A stretch of DNA of 64,000 nucleotides from an uncultured delta proteobacterium (GCA_963789395.1 CAWBKP010000022.1:160001-224000), one strand, 5' to 3'; positions 34,157 through 44,367 are shown, counted from the first letter of the stretch. Notes: generated from the letters alone by a model not told the origin. A program made the numbers and translations.

Positions 34157-35717
34157 ATGATGACAAAATGGAAATTATTGATAAATGGACTGGTTGTCAT
34201 TTGTTGCATCCTGTCTTTTGAAATATACGCCCCGGGTCTTCTTCAGGCCGAAACGACGACGACGACGACGCACGTGATGACGCTTGTGGCATCTCCCACA
34301 TCCATTTTAGCCAATGGAACATCTTATTCCACAATTACGGCAACGTATCAAACTGTAGTAACTGAAATCACGGTAGACGATACCGGCAAAACGACTACGA
34401 ATACAACGATAACGCCAACGCCGAACGTATTATTGAAATTTAATACAACACTGGGTACATTTATTAATAATTCCCAGACTCGTTCAATTGAATTAAATAC
34501 AAATACTGAAGGAATTGCACAGGTCTTTCTCTATTCCGGTACAGTTCCGGGAACAGCCATCGTTACCTGTAGCGGTGAAGATGTTTCAACGCAAACTGTT
34601 TATGTGGATATTACCCAGTTGATGCCGCCTCCGGCATTTATTTCCCTAAGCTCAGCGCCTTACTGGGTTCCCGCTGACGGATCCGCTGCTGCGACCATTA
34701 CGGCTGTCATATTGGATAGCAGTGGCCAACCTGTTGCAGGGGGAACGGTGGTGAGATTTTCCACTACGGCAGGGACTTATTTCGGAAATGGAAAACAAAC
34801 CTATTCGACTGTAACGACGGATGATACGGGCACGGTTTCGGTTCAATTGATAGCGGTCAATGGATCCGCCGGATCCACCGCCGTGGTTACCTGCACGGCC
34901 GGTGCAATCTCACAAAGCATTTCCGTGGCGATTATCAGTCTGGAATATGAGACAGAGCCCAACAACGACATGTCGCATGCCGATCCGATCTGTTTCGACA
35001 AAGTGTATTTAGGCCAGCTTACTTCACCCTATGAGGAAGACTGGTATACGTTTACCATTACAACACCCAGCCGGATCGGCATCAATTTCATCACAACAGC
35101 TGCCCCTGCAGATGCCGGCTGTGATGCCGGCACTACGACCGTCGGTACCTGGAAGGTGGATATCCGGGATGCCAACAACGATCAACTGATGTCCCATCAC
35201 AACATTGATTGTATTTCTGATAACGGATATGGGAGACCGGAGTGATTGCTCCGGGCACCTATTATGTTGTAGTGTATTGTCCCAGACTGGGTGATAAGAC
35301 CGGAGATTATTGGCTGTCAGATCCTTATTATTTGTCTGTTTTCAATAATTTCTATTCACCCTGTGGAAGTCAGGATAAACTGGTGAACGCAGCTACCTTG
35401 TCCATGGAAGCTTCGATTATCAACTGAATGTTCCGATCATGAATGCGACTCCCTATATATGGGCGGATTTGCAGTATGATCCGAGTTCCAACCCGCGAGC
35501 CTGATGTTCAGGCTTGACAGATGCCGGAGCACTGGCAAATCTCAACGACTACCGGTCCTGCAACATGTCAACCCTGTCCCTGGTGAACGGCAATTATGTC
35601 CTGCATGTTCCGGTAATGATTTTCAATGGCGTATCCTATCGTGTTGACTTGACATATATCCCTACGACGGATGGGACGATTTGGTTTATGCTGAGTGCGT
35701 TTTGGTTAAATAATTAG
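34157..35717 (+). CDS. Secreted Thr-rich protein: two Big_1-like domains, a PPC-like domain and a duplicated C-terminal beta module (several apparent frameshifts 35230-35515)
   Basis: Signal peptide; ASPTSILANG and APYWVPADG repeats; ETEPNND...EEDWY...PGTYYVVV; ORFs 34157-35245, 35242-35427 and 35514-35717 join into one protein. Confidence 0.65.
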
Positions 35718-35793
35718 CAGCATAAGCGCCATTGTGACATGGTTGTCAGCGAACCTGCAGGCTGAAATGATATTCAATGGATGTTTCCTATCC

Positions 35794-37018
35794 ATGCCAG
35801 TCTATGAATATACGGCGCTGGATGTCAAGGGCAACACCCTGTCGGGTATCGTCGATGCGGACAGCCCGGCCGCTGCCAGACAAAAACTTCGTGCGGCCGG
35901 AAACTATCCGGTGGCTGTCAAGGAAGCGGCCAATCCGTCCGCGCAACATGCCGATTCCCTCTTATTCAAGCGCTTCCGGCGAGTCAGACCTTCAGAAATC
36001 GCCATGATGACCCGGCAACTGGGGACCCTGATGACAGCTGGGTTCCCCCTGGTTGCCGCACTGGATGCGCTGATTCCCCAGACCCGACTCACCTCATTTA
36101 AAAAATCAACTGACCCGGATAAAAGATGCAATTGTTGGCGGCAGCAGTTTGTCTGAAGCGCTTGGGGAAATTCCCGGGGCGTTTTCGCCACTTTACATCA
36201 ACATGGTCCGGGCCGGAGAGTCATCCGGAACCATGGAGCTGGTTCTGGATCGTCTGGCCGAGATGATTGAAAAACAGCAGCAGGTGATGCAGCGCATTAC
36301 ATCCGCCATGACGTATCCGATTTTTATGACCCTTATCGGTGCCGGAATTCTGCTTTTTCTCATCACCTATATCGTTCCGACGATCGCTGGATTATTTGCC
36401 GACATGAAGCAGGTCCTGCCGTTGCCTACACGGGTTCTGATCGGCACCAGCAATGTTCTAAAACTCTGGTGGTGGCTGATTCCGATATGCATCACCATAT
36501 TGATTCTGGGCTTCAGGCATGTTCGAAGCACGGTTTCCGGCCGTTATGCCATTGACAGGACGCTGCTGTCAGCCTGCCGCTCATCGGAGATTTCCTGCGC
36601 AAGCTTTCTGCCGCAAGGATTGCACGGACCCTGGGGCTGCTTCTGGAAAACGGGGTTTCCCTGCTTTCAGCGCTTGAAATTGTTAAAAATATCGCAGGAA
36701 ATGTACTCATTGCCGATGCTGTTGAAGCGGCTGTCAATCCAGGTTCGGCAGGGCCGGGGACTGGCCACGTCCCTGGATGCCGCCCGCCAGTTTCCAGCAT
36801 TATTTATTCAGATGATTCAGGTTGGAGAGCAAAGCGGGGCTCTGGAAAGCCTGCTGAAAAAAGTGGCGGATCTGTTTGAAAACGAGGTCGAATCCGCACT
36901 GATGCGCATGGCCTCCCTGCTGGAGCCGATCATGATCCTCATCATGGGCGTGATGGTGGGGTTTATTGTGCTGTCGATCTGTCTGCCGATATTTGAAATG
37001 AACCAGCTTATTCAATAA
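35794..37018 (+). CDS. gspF: Type II secretion / type IV pilus platform protein GspF/PilC (three apparent frameshifts near 36105, 36570, 36735)
   Basis: MPVYEYTALD, TRQLGTLMTAGFPL, MVRAGESSG, AMTYP, QMIQVGEQSGAL and LLEPIMI motifs. Confidence 0.88.
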
Positions 37019-37388
37019 CCTGTTTCATCCCGATAATTCCCCTTCTGCCCAGTTCCCGCAAAAACTGGATCACGCTGATTTCCGCTTCTCTTGGGTAGAG
37101 TTGATGCAGTCCCGCAAAAGATGATGATGATGTCCATTACCGTGGTCTTGTCATCCACCAAAGTCCATACGCTTGGTACCCAGGATATCCAGTTGAAGTT
37201 TTCGCATGGGGCGGTATTTCAGGCGTTATTTTTGATTCGCTGAAGGATGTCTAGCAAACCAGGGGCTGATGGTTTCGGGATAGGACAGGAGCATTTCTCC
37301 GGATTCCAGATGGTTTTCCACAACCCGTGGGATTGCGGATGGGGATGCAGCCAAGTGCATCGGTTCGGCTAAGCGGCTGCGATTTCAT
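37008..37388 (-). CDS. PqqD/RRE-like winged-helix peptide-binding protein (about 5 apparent indels; absent from the ORF track)
   Basis: Frame-spliced translation MKSQPLSRTDALGCIPIRNP/RVVENHLESGEMLLSYPETISPWFA/.../MRKLQLDILGT/SVWTLVDDKTTVMDII/SFAGLHQLYPREAEISVIQFLRELGRRGIIGMKQVIE*; fits the PqqD pattern LxxxGxxVWxLxDxxxTVxxI...FLxxLxxxGxI. Confidence 0.72.
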
Positions 37389-38269
37389 AGCTGGAGAATA
37401 TGCGATCGAGTCGGCTGAGATCCATCATCTGTTTGCTTTCCGCTTTTATCGCCAGAATGCGGTTGTTCCCCGGATCATGACGGATGAGAATCCGGTGATG
37501 GGAGTATCTGCCCGAGACAAAAGTTGAAAATCGATTCCAAAGACTGAGAGACGGGAAGTGTTCCCATTCGAGTCTGTTGCAATCCGGTATGGTTATGGCG
37601 GATCTGTCTGGAAAAAGGCGTAACGATTCTGCGAAATCAGTCAGTTTTCTTCCGGAAAGCAGGACGGATGCCGGGCTCCAGCGATACAGGCTGATCTGCT
37701 GGCTGCTGGAGAAAAACACCATCTCCATGAACCCGGGAGAGAATTGGTAGCGCTTGATCTGAAAAGCCGTCGGAAGGGTTGCGCGAATATCAAAAACAGC
37801 CCATCGCTGTTCGTCCCCATTGGCGTGGTCAACAAAAGATAGAGAGCAATCTGGGAACGACCGCATCAAGATTGTCAGGCTCATCGGGATTGTTGAAAAA
37901 CTGAATCAGGGAAACTCTCTGGCAGGATAAACAGGAAACGATCAAACCACGGCTTATCCTTTCCGGACGTTTCCAGGAAAAACCGCTGGTTTCGTAGGAT
38001 GACAAGGCCTGTAGCCAGTTCTGGGATGGGGTCCAGGAATCAACAGCAGTCAGATGCTGTTTGCGGATCTGCAGTTGCAGTTTCTCGATGTTTCGTTGCC
38101 GCGAAACCGGTTTTTGCGCATTTTCCCAGGTGATTTCCATTCGCGGATGCGCATGGGTACCGATCATCATGTAATTCCGGCCGATAGTTGCAATCTCCCA
38201 TGTGGCGGGTTTGTAAAAAGAGATGCCATTCCAGGCGATTTCGTCCCACCGGTTTTGTGCCTTGTTCAT
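37369..38269 (-). CDS. Hypothetical protein of about 300 aa (apparent frameshift near 37835)
   Basis: ORFs 37829-38308 (from MNKAQNRW) and 37369-37884 overlap and read as one Trp-rich soluble protein. Confidence 0.65.
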
Positions 38270-38410
38270 GAGAAAGTCAGAGCCGTTCAATTGCCGATAG
38301 CAGTGCATATATCCAATAAACAGGCAAAACGACCACGTCGTTCACCGATATGTCGTCAAATAGATGCTGCATTTGGAAAAATCATCCCAGGGAGCGGTTT
38401 CAGGAGTCGG

Positions 38411-39017
38411 TCAACGGGGAATCAGTAGATCCCATTCAATCTGAACCGGCGGTTTTCCAGCCGGAGACTCATCAGTTCCCGGATGGGATTTTTCATAGCA
38501 CCGGCGTTCTTTTTCCACGGCGTCTGTCAGAGTCAGCTTGATCGAATTGCCGATTTTTTCATCCGTATCTTGCTTGTTATGCTGCAGGATAAGGCTGATG
38601 TGGTTATGAGACTTATCCACAAAAGACCATTTCCATGCGATCACAATGTGGAAAGGGTCCCCTCGCCATTCATCGGGTTTTCCAAATTTTTTCTCAAACC
38701 GGGCCAGAAGGGTATCGTAGAAGTCCCGGCTGGAATCAGCGTATTTGAGTTTGACACGAACCACTTTTCCCGGCATGGTGCAGGTGCCATACGCAATCAA
38801 ACCGCTGGTAAAAAAAGCGGTTGGTTTGATTTCAACTTCCATGATGGATTCTGCATACCGGATGGGCAGGGCAGTGCTCATATCCACACGATCCTTGTAA
38901 GCGGCAATATCAGCGCCCAGTTGAAATCCGCCTATCTGACTGGGTGCTTCAGCCAGACAGATTGCGGAATCTGTTCCGATGATGATAAAAAACAGAAAAA
39001 ACAGCTATTTTTTTCAT
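38411..39017 (-). CDS. Exported hypothetical protein (apparent frameshift in a T-run near 38995)
   Basis: TAAGGAG RBS; MKKIAVF/LFFIIIGTDSAICLA-EAPSQIGGFQLG signal peptide joins ORF 38411-38887. Confidence 0.7.
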
Positions 39018-39039
39018 GAAAAACTCCTTAATTGCAAAT

Positions 39040-41001
39040 TTAATACGCCAGCCGTCCCAAGGACTTTAAGATCAGCGCAAAGCCCATGGCGAACATGCCG
39101 GTCAAGCCCATTCCGCAGGAAAAACCCGCCAGAAGCACGGGGGCATATTGGCGCCACATTTTCCCGTATCGTTTCAGGAAATAATACCGCCCAAGAAACG
39201 CGCCGATGAGCTCAAGAATTAATCCATGCGGAGCACTCTGGCCAAGTCCCCGGACAATGCCATATACCAATAGCGTTGGAAGCCCCAATAGAGCCAGAAT
39301 CGTATAGATTGTCACGCCGAGTCCCAGGCCGGAAAGGACATATAATCCATTAAGCGCCTGATAGAAAAGAGAATTACCTTCAAGCGTGGATGTCTGCATC
39401 AACAGCGTATTCAATGCCTGAAGGTGCCACAGCTTCAGGGCATAGGGATAGTTGCTGGAGGGGATCGGCGCCAGTCGCCAGATGAACTGAGAGAAAAGCA
39501 GACTGGCGATCATCACAACCGGAAAAACGACCAGTTCCGCTTTGATGATTCCGCGAATGCTGGTTCCGGTCAATTCGATTTCCCGAAAATCAACGGTTGC
39601 CTTACCATAATTGTGGATCGGGATCGGTGCGTACCAGATTTCAATTCCCTGATATCCGAAAAATTTTGCACCGGCGATAAAACTGGCCTCACGAACCATG
39701 GGCAGGTTGACAAACTGGCCGGCAATGCCTTCCATGCGGGCGGTAATGTATGAGATGACGGGGGTATAGATAAAGCCGTATCCCAGGAAGAATATCCAGG
39801 GAAAATTGGGAACAAGCCAGACGCAGAGGCCGACATAGGAGAGGGTGGAAAAGACGTAAATGCCGATGGCGATCCAGAAATTAAAATCCCCTCTGCCTTC
39901 CGGTGGATGAAACAGGTTGCTCCAGCTTCCCCTGTTGGCAGCCTGGCTTTTGCGAAAAGAACTGATGACATGCCAGACGCCGATAAAACCGATGGCCAGT
40001 CCCAGGCCGATGCCAAAGCTCATGTAAAAGTCAAAATTGTTTGCAAAAACCGTATCAACGGTTTCCATACCCGGGTGCCAGCGCTGAAGAATACCATGAT
40101 GATACAGAATCGGATTTGCGATTATCGTGAAGATCAGCCCGATCAGCCCGCCGATCACTGCCCAGAAAGGCAGCACCATGCCCACGAACAGCAGCCCCAG
40201 ATCGAGCTGGATGCCGGTGGCAACGGCAGGCAGGATTTCCTCGGTCCTTCGGGTCAACTCGATCCAGGGAATGGGAATAAGCTGAATGGACTCGTTAAAG
40301 ATCAGGCCTGAAACCGTGGGCAGCAGCACGTAAACGCCGCCAAATACCAGGCCGATGACCCCGCCAATGGAAAATACGCGCCATTTCCAGCCTGTTTGCC
40401 GGTCTTCCGTGGATTCGGCCAGCGCCATTGTTCCCAGAGCGCCGACAGGAGCCATGGGAAAGGGCAGCTTTTCAACATCCGAAGTGATACGGTACAGCGC
40501 ATACCCGAGGCCGAAATGATCAATTCGCTGTATAATCTGAGAGCCGACCAGCAGCAGAATGGGGATCATCCAGTCTCTGTGGAAAAAAGTGCGTTCAACC
40601 AGGGACAGCGAGTCGCTTGCCGGCGCAACCCACAAGGGGATGTATTCCGTCAGTCCCAGCATTTTGGCGGCATCGGATTGAACGATGTATTGACTCCACA
40701 ATAGCCCCTGAAACGGTGACGCCAGGGCCGCTCCGGCCATGTAGTAGAGGATAAAGACTTCCTGTTGCTTCAGATCGGTATAGGCACGCCGGGCGATTTC
40801 AGCAAATAGAATGATTGTCACCCACCGGGCTGCGGGGCCGATACCGGTTCCGATGACAAGTTGAAGGTACATGCTTCCGGGCATCATGAGAAAACCGATA
40901 AATATCGCGCCGACGACGGTTTTCCAGTCAAAACCTTCTTCAAAATGATCCGGAGTCTTCAGGAGATCCCGGTATTCCTTAAGCTCTTTGTCTTCGTACA
41001 T
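39040..41001 (-). CDS. OPT-superfamily-like polytopic membrane protein (putative peptide transporter)
   Basis: 653 aa with many TM segments; FDWKTVVGAIFIG, EKLPFPMAPVG and AGFSCGMGLTG echo OPT motifs. Confidence 0.7.
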   Translation of the reverse strand: MYEDKELKEYRDLLKTPDHFEEGFDWKTVVGAIFIGFLMMPGSMYLQLVIGTGIGPAARWVTIILFAEIARRAYTDLKQQEVFILYYMAGAALASPFQGLLWSQYIVQSDAAKMLGLTEYIPLWVAPASDSLSLVERTFFHRDWMIPILLLVGSQIIQRIDHFGLGYALYRITSDVEKLPFPMAPVGALGTMALAESTEDRQTGWKWRVFSIGGVIGLVFGGVYVLLPTVSGLIFNESIQLIPIPWIELTRRTEEILPAVATGIQLDLGLLFVGMVLPFWAVIGGLIGLIFTIIANPILYHHGILQRWHPGMETVDTVFANNFDFYMSFGIGLGLAIGFIGVWHVISSFRKSQAANRGSWSNLFHPPEGRGDFNFWIAIGIYVFSTLSYVGLCVWLVPNFPWIFFLGYGFIYTPVISYITARMEGIAGQFVNLPMVREASFIAGAKFFGYQGIEIWYAPIPIHNYGKATVDFREIELTGTSIRGIIKAELVVFPVVMIASLLFSQFIWRLAPIPSSNYPYALKLWHLQALNTLLMQTSTLEGNSLFYQALNGLYVLSGLGLGVTIYTILALLGLPTLLVYGIVRGLGQSAPHGLILELIGAFLGRYYFLKRYGKMWRQYAPVLLAGFSCGMGLTGMFAMGFALILKSLGRLAY

Positions 41002-41108
41002 GGATTTGAATGATCCATTCAGGATTGCGGGTTAAGTGAAAGAAGCTGGAAATCATCTATTTTCCGGTTCCGGGCATATCGGGTTAGGCGATAGAGAATT
41101 TCATCATA

Positions 41109-43181
41109 TCAATCCGGCAGCACAAGATAGCTGGCGTTACCCCACAGGCCGATGATCGCCCAGAATCCGCCCATCAGAAAATCACCGATAATCAGGCCGA
41201 TAAAAAAATACCGCAGTTTTTTAAACAGCGAGATGCCGCCGTACCGCATACAGAGGGCATTACACAGCCATCCTATAAAAAAACTGAACCACAGGATTCG
41301 CATGGCGGAGCTGTAAGCCGTCAGGTAACCAATGGGATGGATCGGCCACCAGTAAATGCGGTGGTAACAGATAACCAGACCGGTCATGACCACGGCCCCG
41401 GCCAGAGCAAAAATGAGAACCCAGTTGGATCGGTTTTCAGGGGTGCTCATGAATGCCTGGATGTTATCGTAAACACCGAGGGTGGTTCGGGTCGCCCAGT
41501 CCAGTTCGAGTTCCCGAATGCCGAATTTATAGCACAGAAAAAGCATGGAGAGAAAGGACACGATGATACCGGCAAGCAGCACAAAAACGATTCCGGTGAT
41601 GATCAGGCGTTGATGGCGCAACCGGTTCGTTATTTTTCTGGCATGAAGCAAAGAGGGCATCAAGGATTCGCGAAGGTCCAGAAAAAGAACTTTCTGAATA
41701 ACGGCTGCCATCAGAATGCTTGCGCCGCTGAAAAGCCTGGGGCCGAAGAACGCCACCAGGCCGTCAACCGGTGCGGCTGTCAGTGTAAAATAAGCGATTC
41801 CGCCCTGGCAGATAACCCGTGTGGCAACGACCATGATCATGAAACAGGCCAGAAGAAAGAGAATCGCAATCCAAACCGGCATGCCGAAATAATGGCACCA
41901 GGCGACCAGGCACAAAAAACCAATCAACAGTCCCCAGAAAGACATTCTTAAGGAAATCCACTCGTCTTCCGTGCGGTCCAAAGCGTTGCTGTCCGAAAGG
42001 CCAAATGCCTGCCGGATCACCTCGCTGAGGTGTTGCCTGCCCAGCCAGAGAAGAAAAACGAAAAAAACGCCGTAAGCTCCGAGCATTTGAGTTTCTTCAG
42101 GTCTGGAAAGGGTGGGACCGAAGGTAATCCCCAGGGCTGCATCGGGAATACTGTAGCCAAGAATTCCGAGTATTCCGATTAACAGGCCTCCGATAAGGTA
42201 AAAAAACCAGAACGAAAAAGATATCTGTTTGGATGTCAGAAAGGCAAATCCGATGAAGGCGGGATACAGATAAATCTTCAGTTTGACAAATCCGGAAAAC
42301 ATTCCTTGCGATGGAATGTAGGGGCCTGCCAGTATCAGGGTCGGGATCTGGGGGACGGACGGGAAGTAGAAATTCAGCCCGTTCATCAGATGAAGGATAA
42401 CGGGAATCAGGATGCCGACTCGGGTATAGCGGTTGGAAAAAAAGCTGACCAGCTGGTGTTGATCCAGGGCATCTTCGATAATTTGGGGAACCTGAAGCAG
42501 CGGCAGATTCATCCGCTCGTGATTGAGCCACTGCCTGCTGGCGATATTCACCATAAGGATCATCATTGTATAACAAAGAAGTATGAAGCTGCTCCAGACC
42601 GCAAGCGGTCTGACCCAGGCACTCCATGGAATTCGGGAAATGACTTCATGCCAGCTCATCTGCCGGCCGCCAGGCAGCCCGTCGTAAAGCATCTGGACGG
42701 CATCCGAATTCCGGGGATACCAGGCTTGTGGAAGAAACGGCTGAAGGGTTTCCTCCCACCGGTTTTCAACCGTGGCAAAATGAAATGGTGCTGTCAGATT
42801 AATGAAAAATGTTCGCATCAGCCCTGTATAGGCAATCCCGGATACCAGCACCATCAATATCCAGGCAACCAGCAGCTCTTTTCCGGTAAGAAGAGCCCGG
42901 TTACGGAAAATCCTATTCAGAAGGGCAATCAAAAAAGTCAGCCACACCAGAATAAAAAACGGCGCCAGCGGGAAATGGCCGCCGCCGAGCGGCGTCGCCT
43001 GAAGATAGGCATTGTTATAAGGTGTGACAGCGCAGATAACAATCGCCAGAAATAACCCAACGGCAAATGCGCGAAATCGAATTCCGTCAGCAGGTGGATG
43101 AGAATCGTTCACGTTTGAGATGATCCGTTTATGGGAATAAGGATTAATACGTCGAAGATCCACAAAAAAAACGATGGCCAA
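41109..43181 (-). CDS. DUF6785/DUF6784-like polytopic membrane protein
   Basis: 690 aa hydrophobic protein; RQWLNHERMNLPL, WWPIHPIGY and FFIGLIIGD motifs; start codon uncertain. Confidence 0.7.
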   Translation of the reverse strand: MAIVFFVDLRRINPYSHKRIISNVNDSHPPADGIRFRAFAVGLFLAIVICAVTPYNNAYLQATPLGGGHFPLAPFFILVWLTFLIALLNRIFRNRALLTGKELLVAWILMVLVSGIAYTGLMRTFFINLTAPFHFATVENRWEETLQPFLPQAWYPRNSDAVQMLYDGLPGGRQMSWHEVISRIPWSAWVRPLAVWSSFILLCYTMMILMVNIASRQWLNHERMNLPLLQVPQIIEDALDQHQLVSFFSNRYTRVGILIPVILHLMNGLNFYFPSVPQIPTLILAGPYIPSQGMFSGFVKLKIYLYPAFIGFAFLTSKQISFSFWFFYLIGGLLIGILGILGYSIPDAALGITFGPTLSRPEETQMLGAYGVFFVFLLWLGRQHLSEVIRQAFGLSDSNALDRTEDEWISLRMSFWGLLIGFLCLVAWCHYFGMPVWIAILFLLACFMIMVVATRVICQGGIAYFTLTAAPVDGLVAFFGPRLFSGASILMAAVIQKVLFLDLRESLMPSLLHARKITNRLRHQRLIITGIVFVLLAGIIVSFLSMLFLCYKFGIRELELDWATRTTLGVYDNIQAFMSTPENRSNWVLIFALAGAVVMTGLVICYHRIYWWPIHPIGYLTAYSSAMRILWFSFFIGWLCNALCMRYGGISLFKKLRYFFIGLIIGDFLMGGFWAIIGLWGNASYLVLPD

Positions 43182-43350
43182 GCCTTTTATATGGCGGATC
43201 AGTCTGACTTGAATGCTTTTCGCGCCATGAATTCCAAGCTCTCCGGGAATTAATTAAGGTTATATATTTCCTGAGGGCTCAGGGTCAAGTACAAAACGGA
43301 TTGCAGACGACAGAAGCGGAAAAAAATACCCGCTATCTGCGGTCTATTTC

Positions 43351-44274
43351 TTATAGAATTCTTCTTCCCATACTTGAGGCCACAAGCTCTGTGGCGAGCC
43401 TGGCGCTGATGTTCCGGTTGTCAAGAATGGGGTTGACCTCGGCGATATCCAGAGACGACATGCAGCCGCATTCGGCGATGGTTTCCATAATCAGATGGAC
43501 TTCCCGGTAAGTCAACCCTCCGGCAACTGGCGTTCCGACACCTGCGGCTACGGAAGGATCCACACTGTCCAGATCAAAGCTGACATGAATATGATCCATA
43601 TGGCCAAGGGTCTGTAGAATATTTCGAATCGTCGCATGCGCCCCATTCCGGTCAATATCGCTCATGGTGTGGACGGAAAGCTGAAGTGTTTTGACAATTT
43701 CTTTTTCAAGCGGGTCAATTTTTCGAATGCCGATCAGCGCACAGCAGGACGGCTGAACTTTGGGGGCAAATCCCAGAATATGCGTCAACGCGTTGTCTCC
43801 GAGCCCCAGAGATACAGCCATTGCCATGCCGTGAATATTTCCGGATGGCGTGGTTTTTTCGGTGTTCATATCGGTGTGAGCGTCAATCCATATCACGCCG
43901 CATGTCCGGTGGATACTGCGGCAATACGCGGAAACCCCGGCTATCGATCCAATTGCCATGGAATGATCCCCGCCGATGCATAAGGGGAAATGCCCATTCT
44001 GAAGTGATTGTTCCACCTTCTCAGCCAGAAGGCAGGAGGTTCTGACAATTTCATCCTGATATTTCAGTTTTGGATTGATGATTTTCTGCCGTTCTTTGGA
44101 AAGAATGGGAATATCGCCAAGATCCTGAACATGGTAACCCAGAATTTCCAGCTCTGACGCCATTCCGGCAATGCGGATGGCGGACGGTCCCATGTCCACG
44201 CCCCGCCGGTTCGCGCCGAGATCCATGGGAAAGCCGATCAGGTCGATACTTTTTTTAAAAGATTCCATGGGCAT
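43351..44274 (-). CDS. rocF: Arginase
   Basis: GVDMGPSAIR, GGDHS, DAHTD, SGNIHGM, SFDLD and EVNP motifs. Confidence 0.92.
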   Translation of the reverse strand: MPMESFKKSIDLIGFPMDLGANRRGVDMGPSAIRIAGMASELEILGYHVQDLGDIPILSKERQKIINPKLKYQDEIVRTSCLLAEKVEQSLQNGHFPLCIGGDHSMAIGSIAGVSAYCRSIHRTCGVIWIDAHTDMNTEKTTPSGNIHGMAMAVSLGLGDNALTHILGFAPKVQPSCCALIGIRKIDPLEKEIVKTLQLSVHTMSDIDRNGAHATIRNILQTLGHMDHIHVSFDLDSVDPSVAAGVGTPVAGGLTYREVHLIMETIAECGCMSSLDIAEVNPILDNRNISARLATELVASSMGRRIL

Positions 44275-44367
44275 CCTCCCATTTGCATAAGGTATTCAGG
44301 CTGACGGATATAAGAGTGGTTATAAACCATTAACCAGGCATCGTCCTTACGATTCCCGGGCGCTAGG

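Noticed and set aside
41018..41111. Open frame continuing about 29 codons past the TGA of the DUF6785-like gene (possible Sec readthrough)
   Set aside because: No redox motif context or convincing SECIS hairpin; the protein ends plausibly at LVLPD
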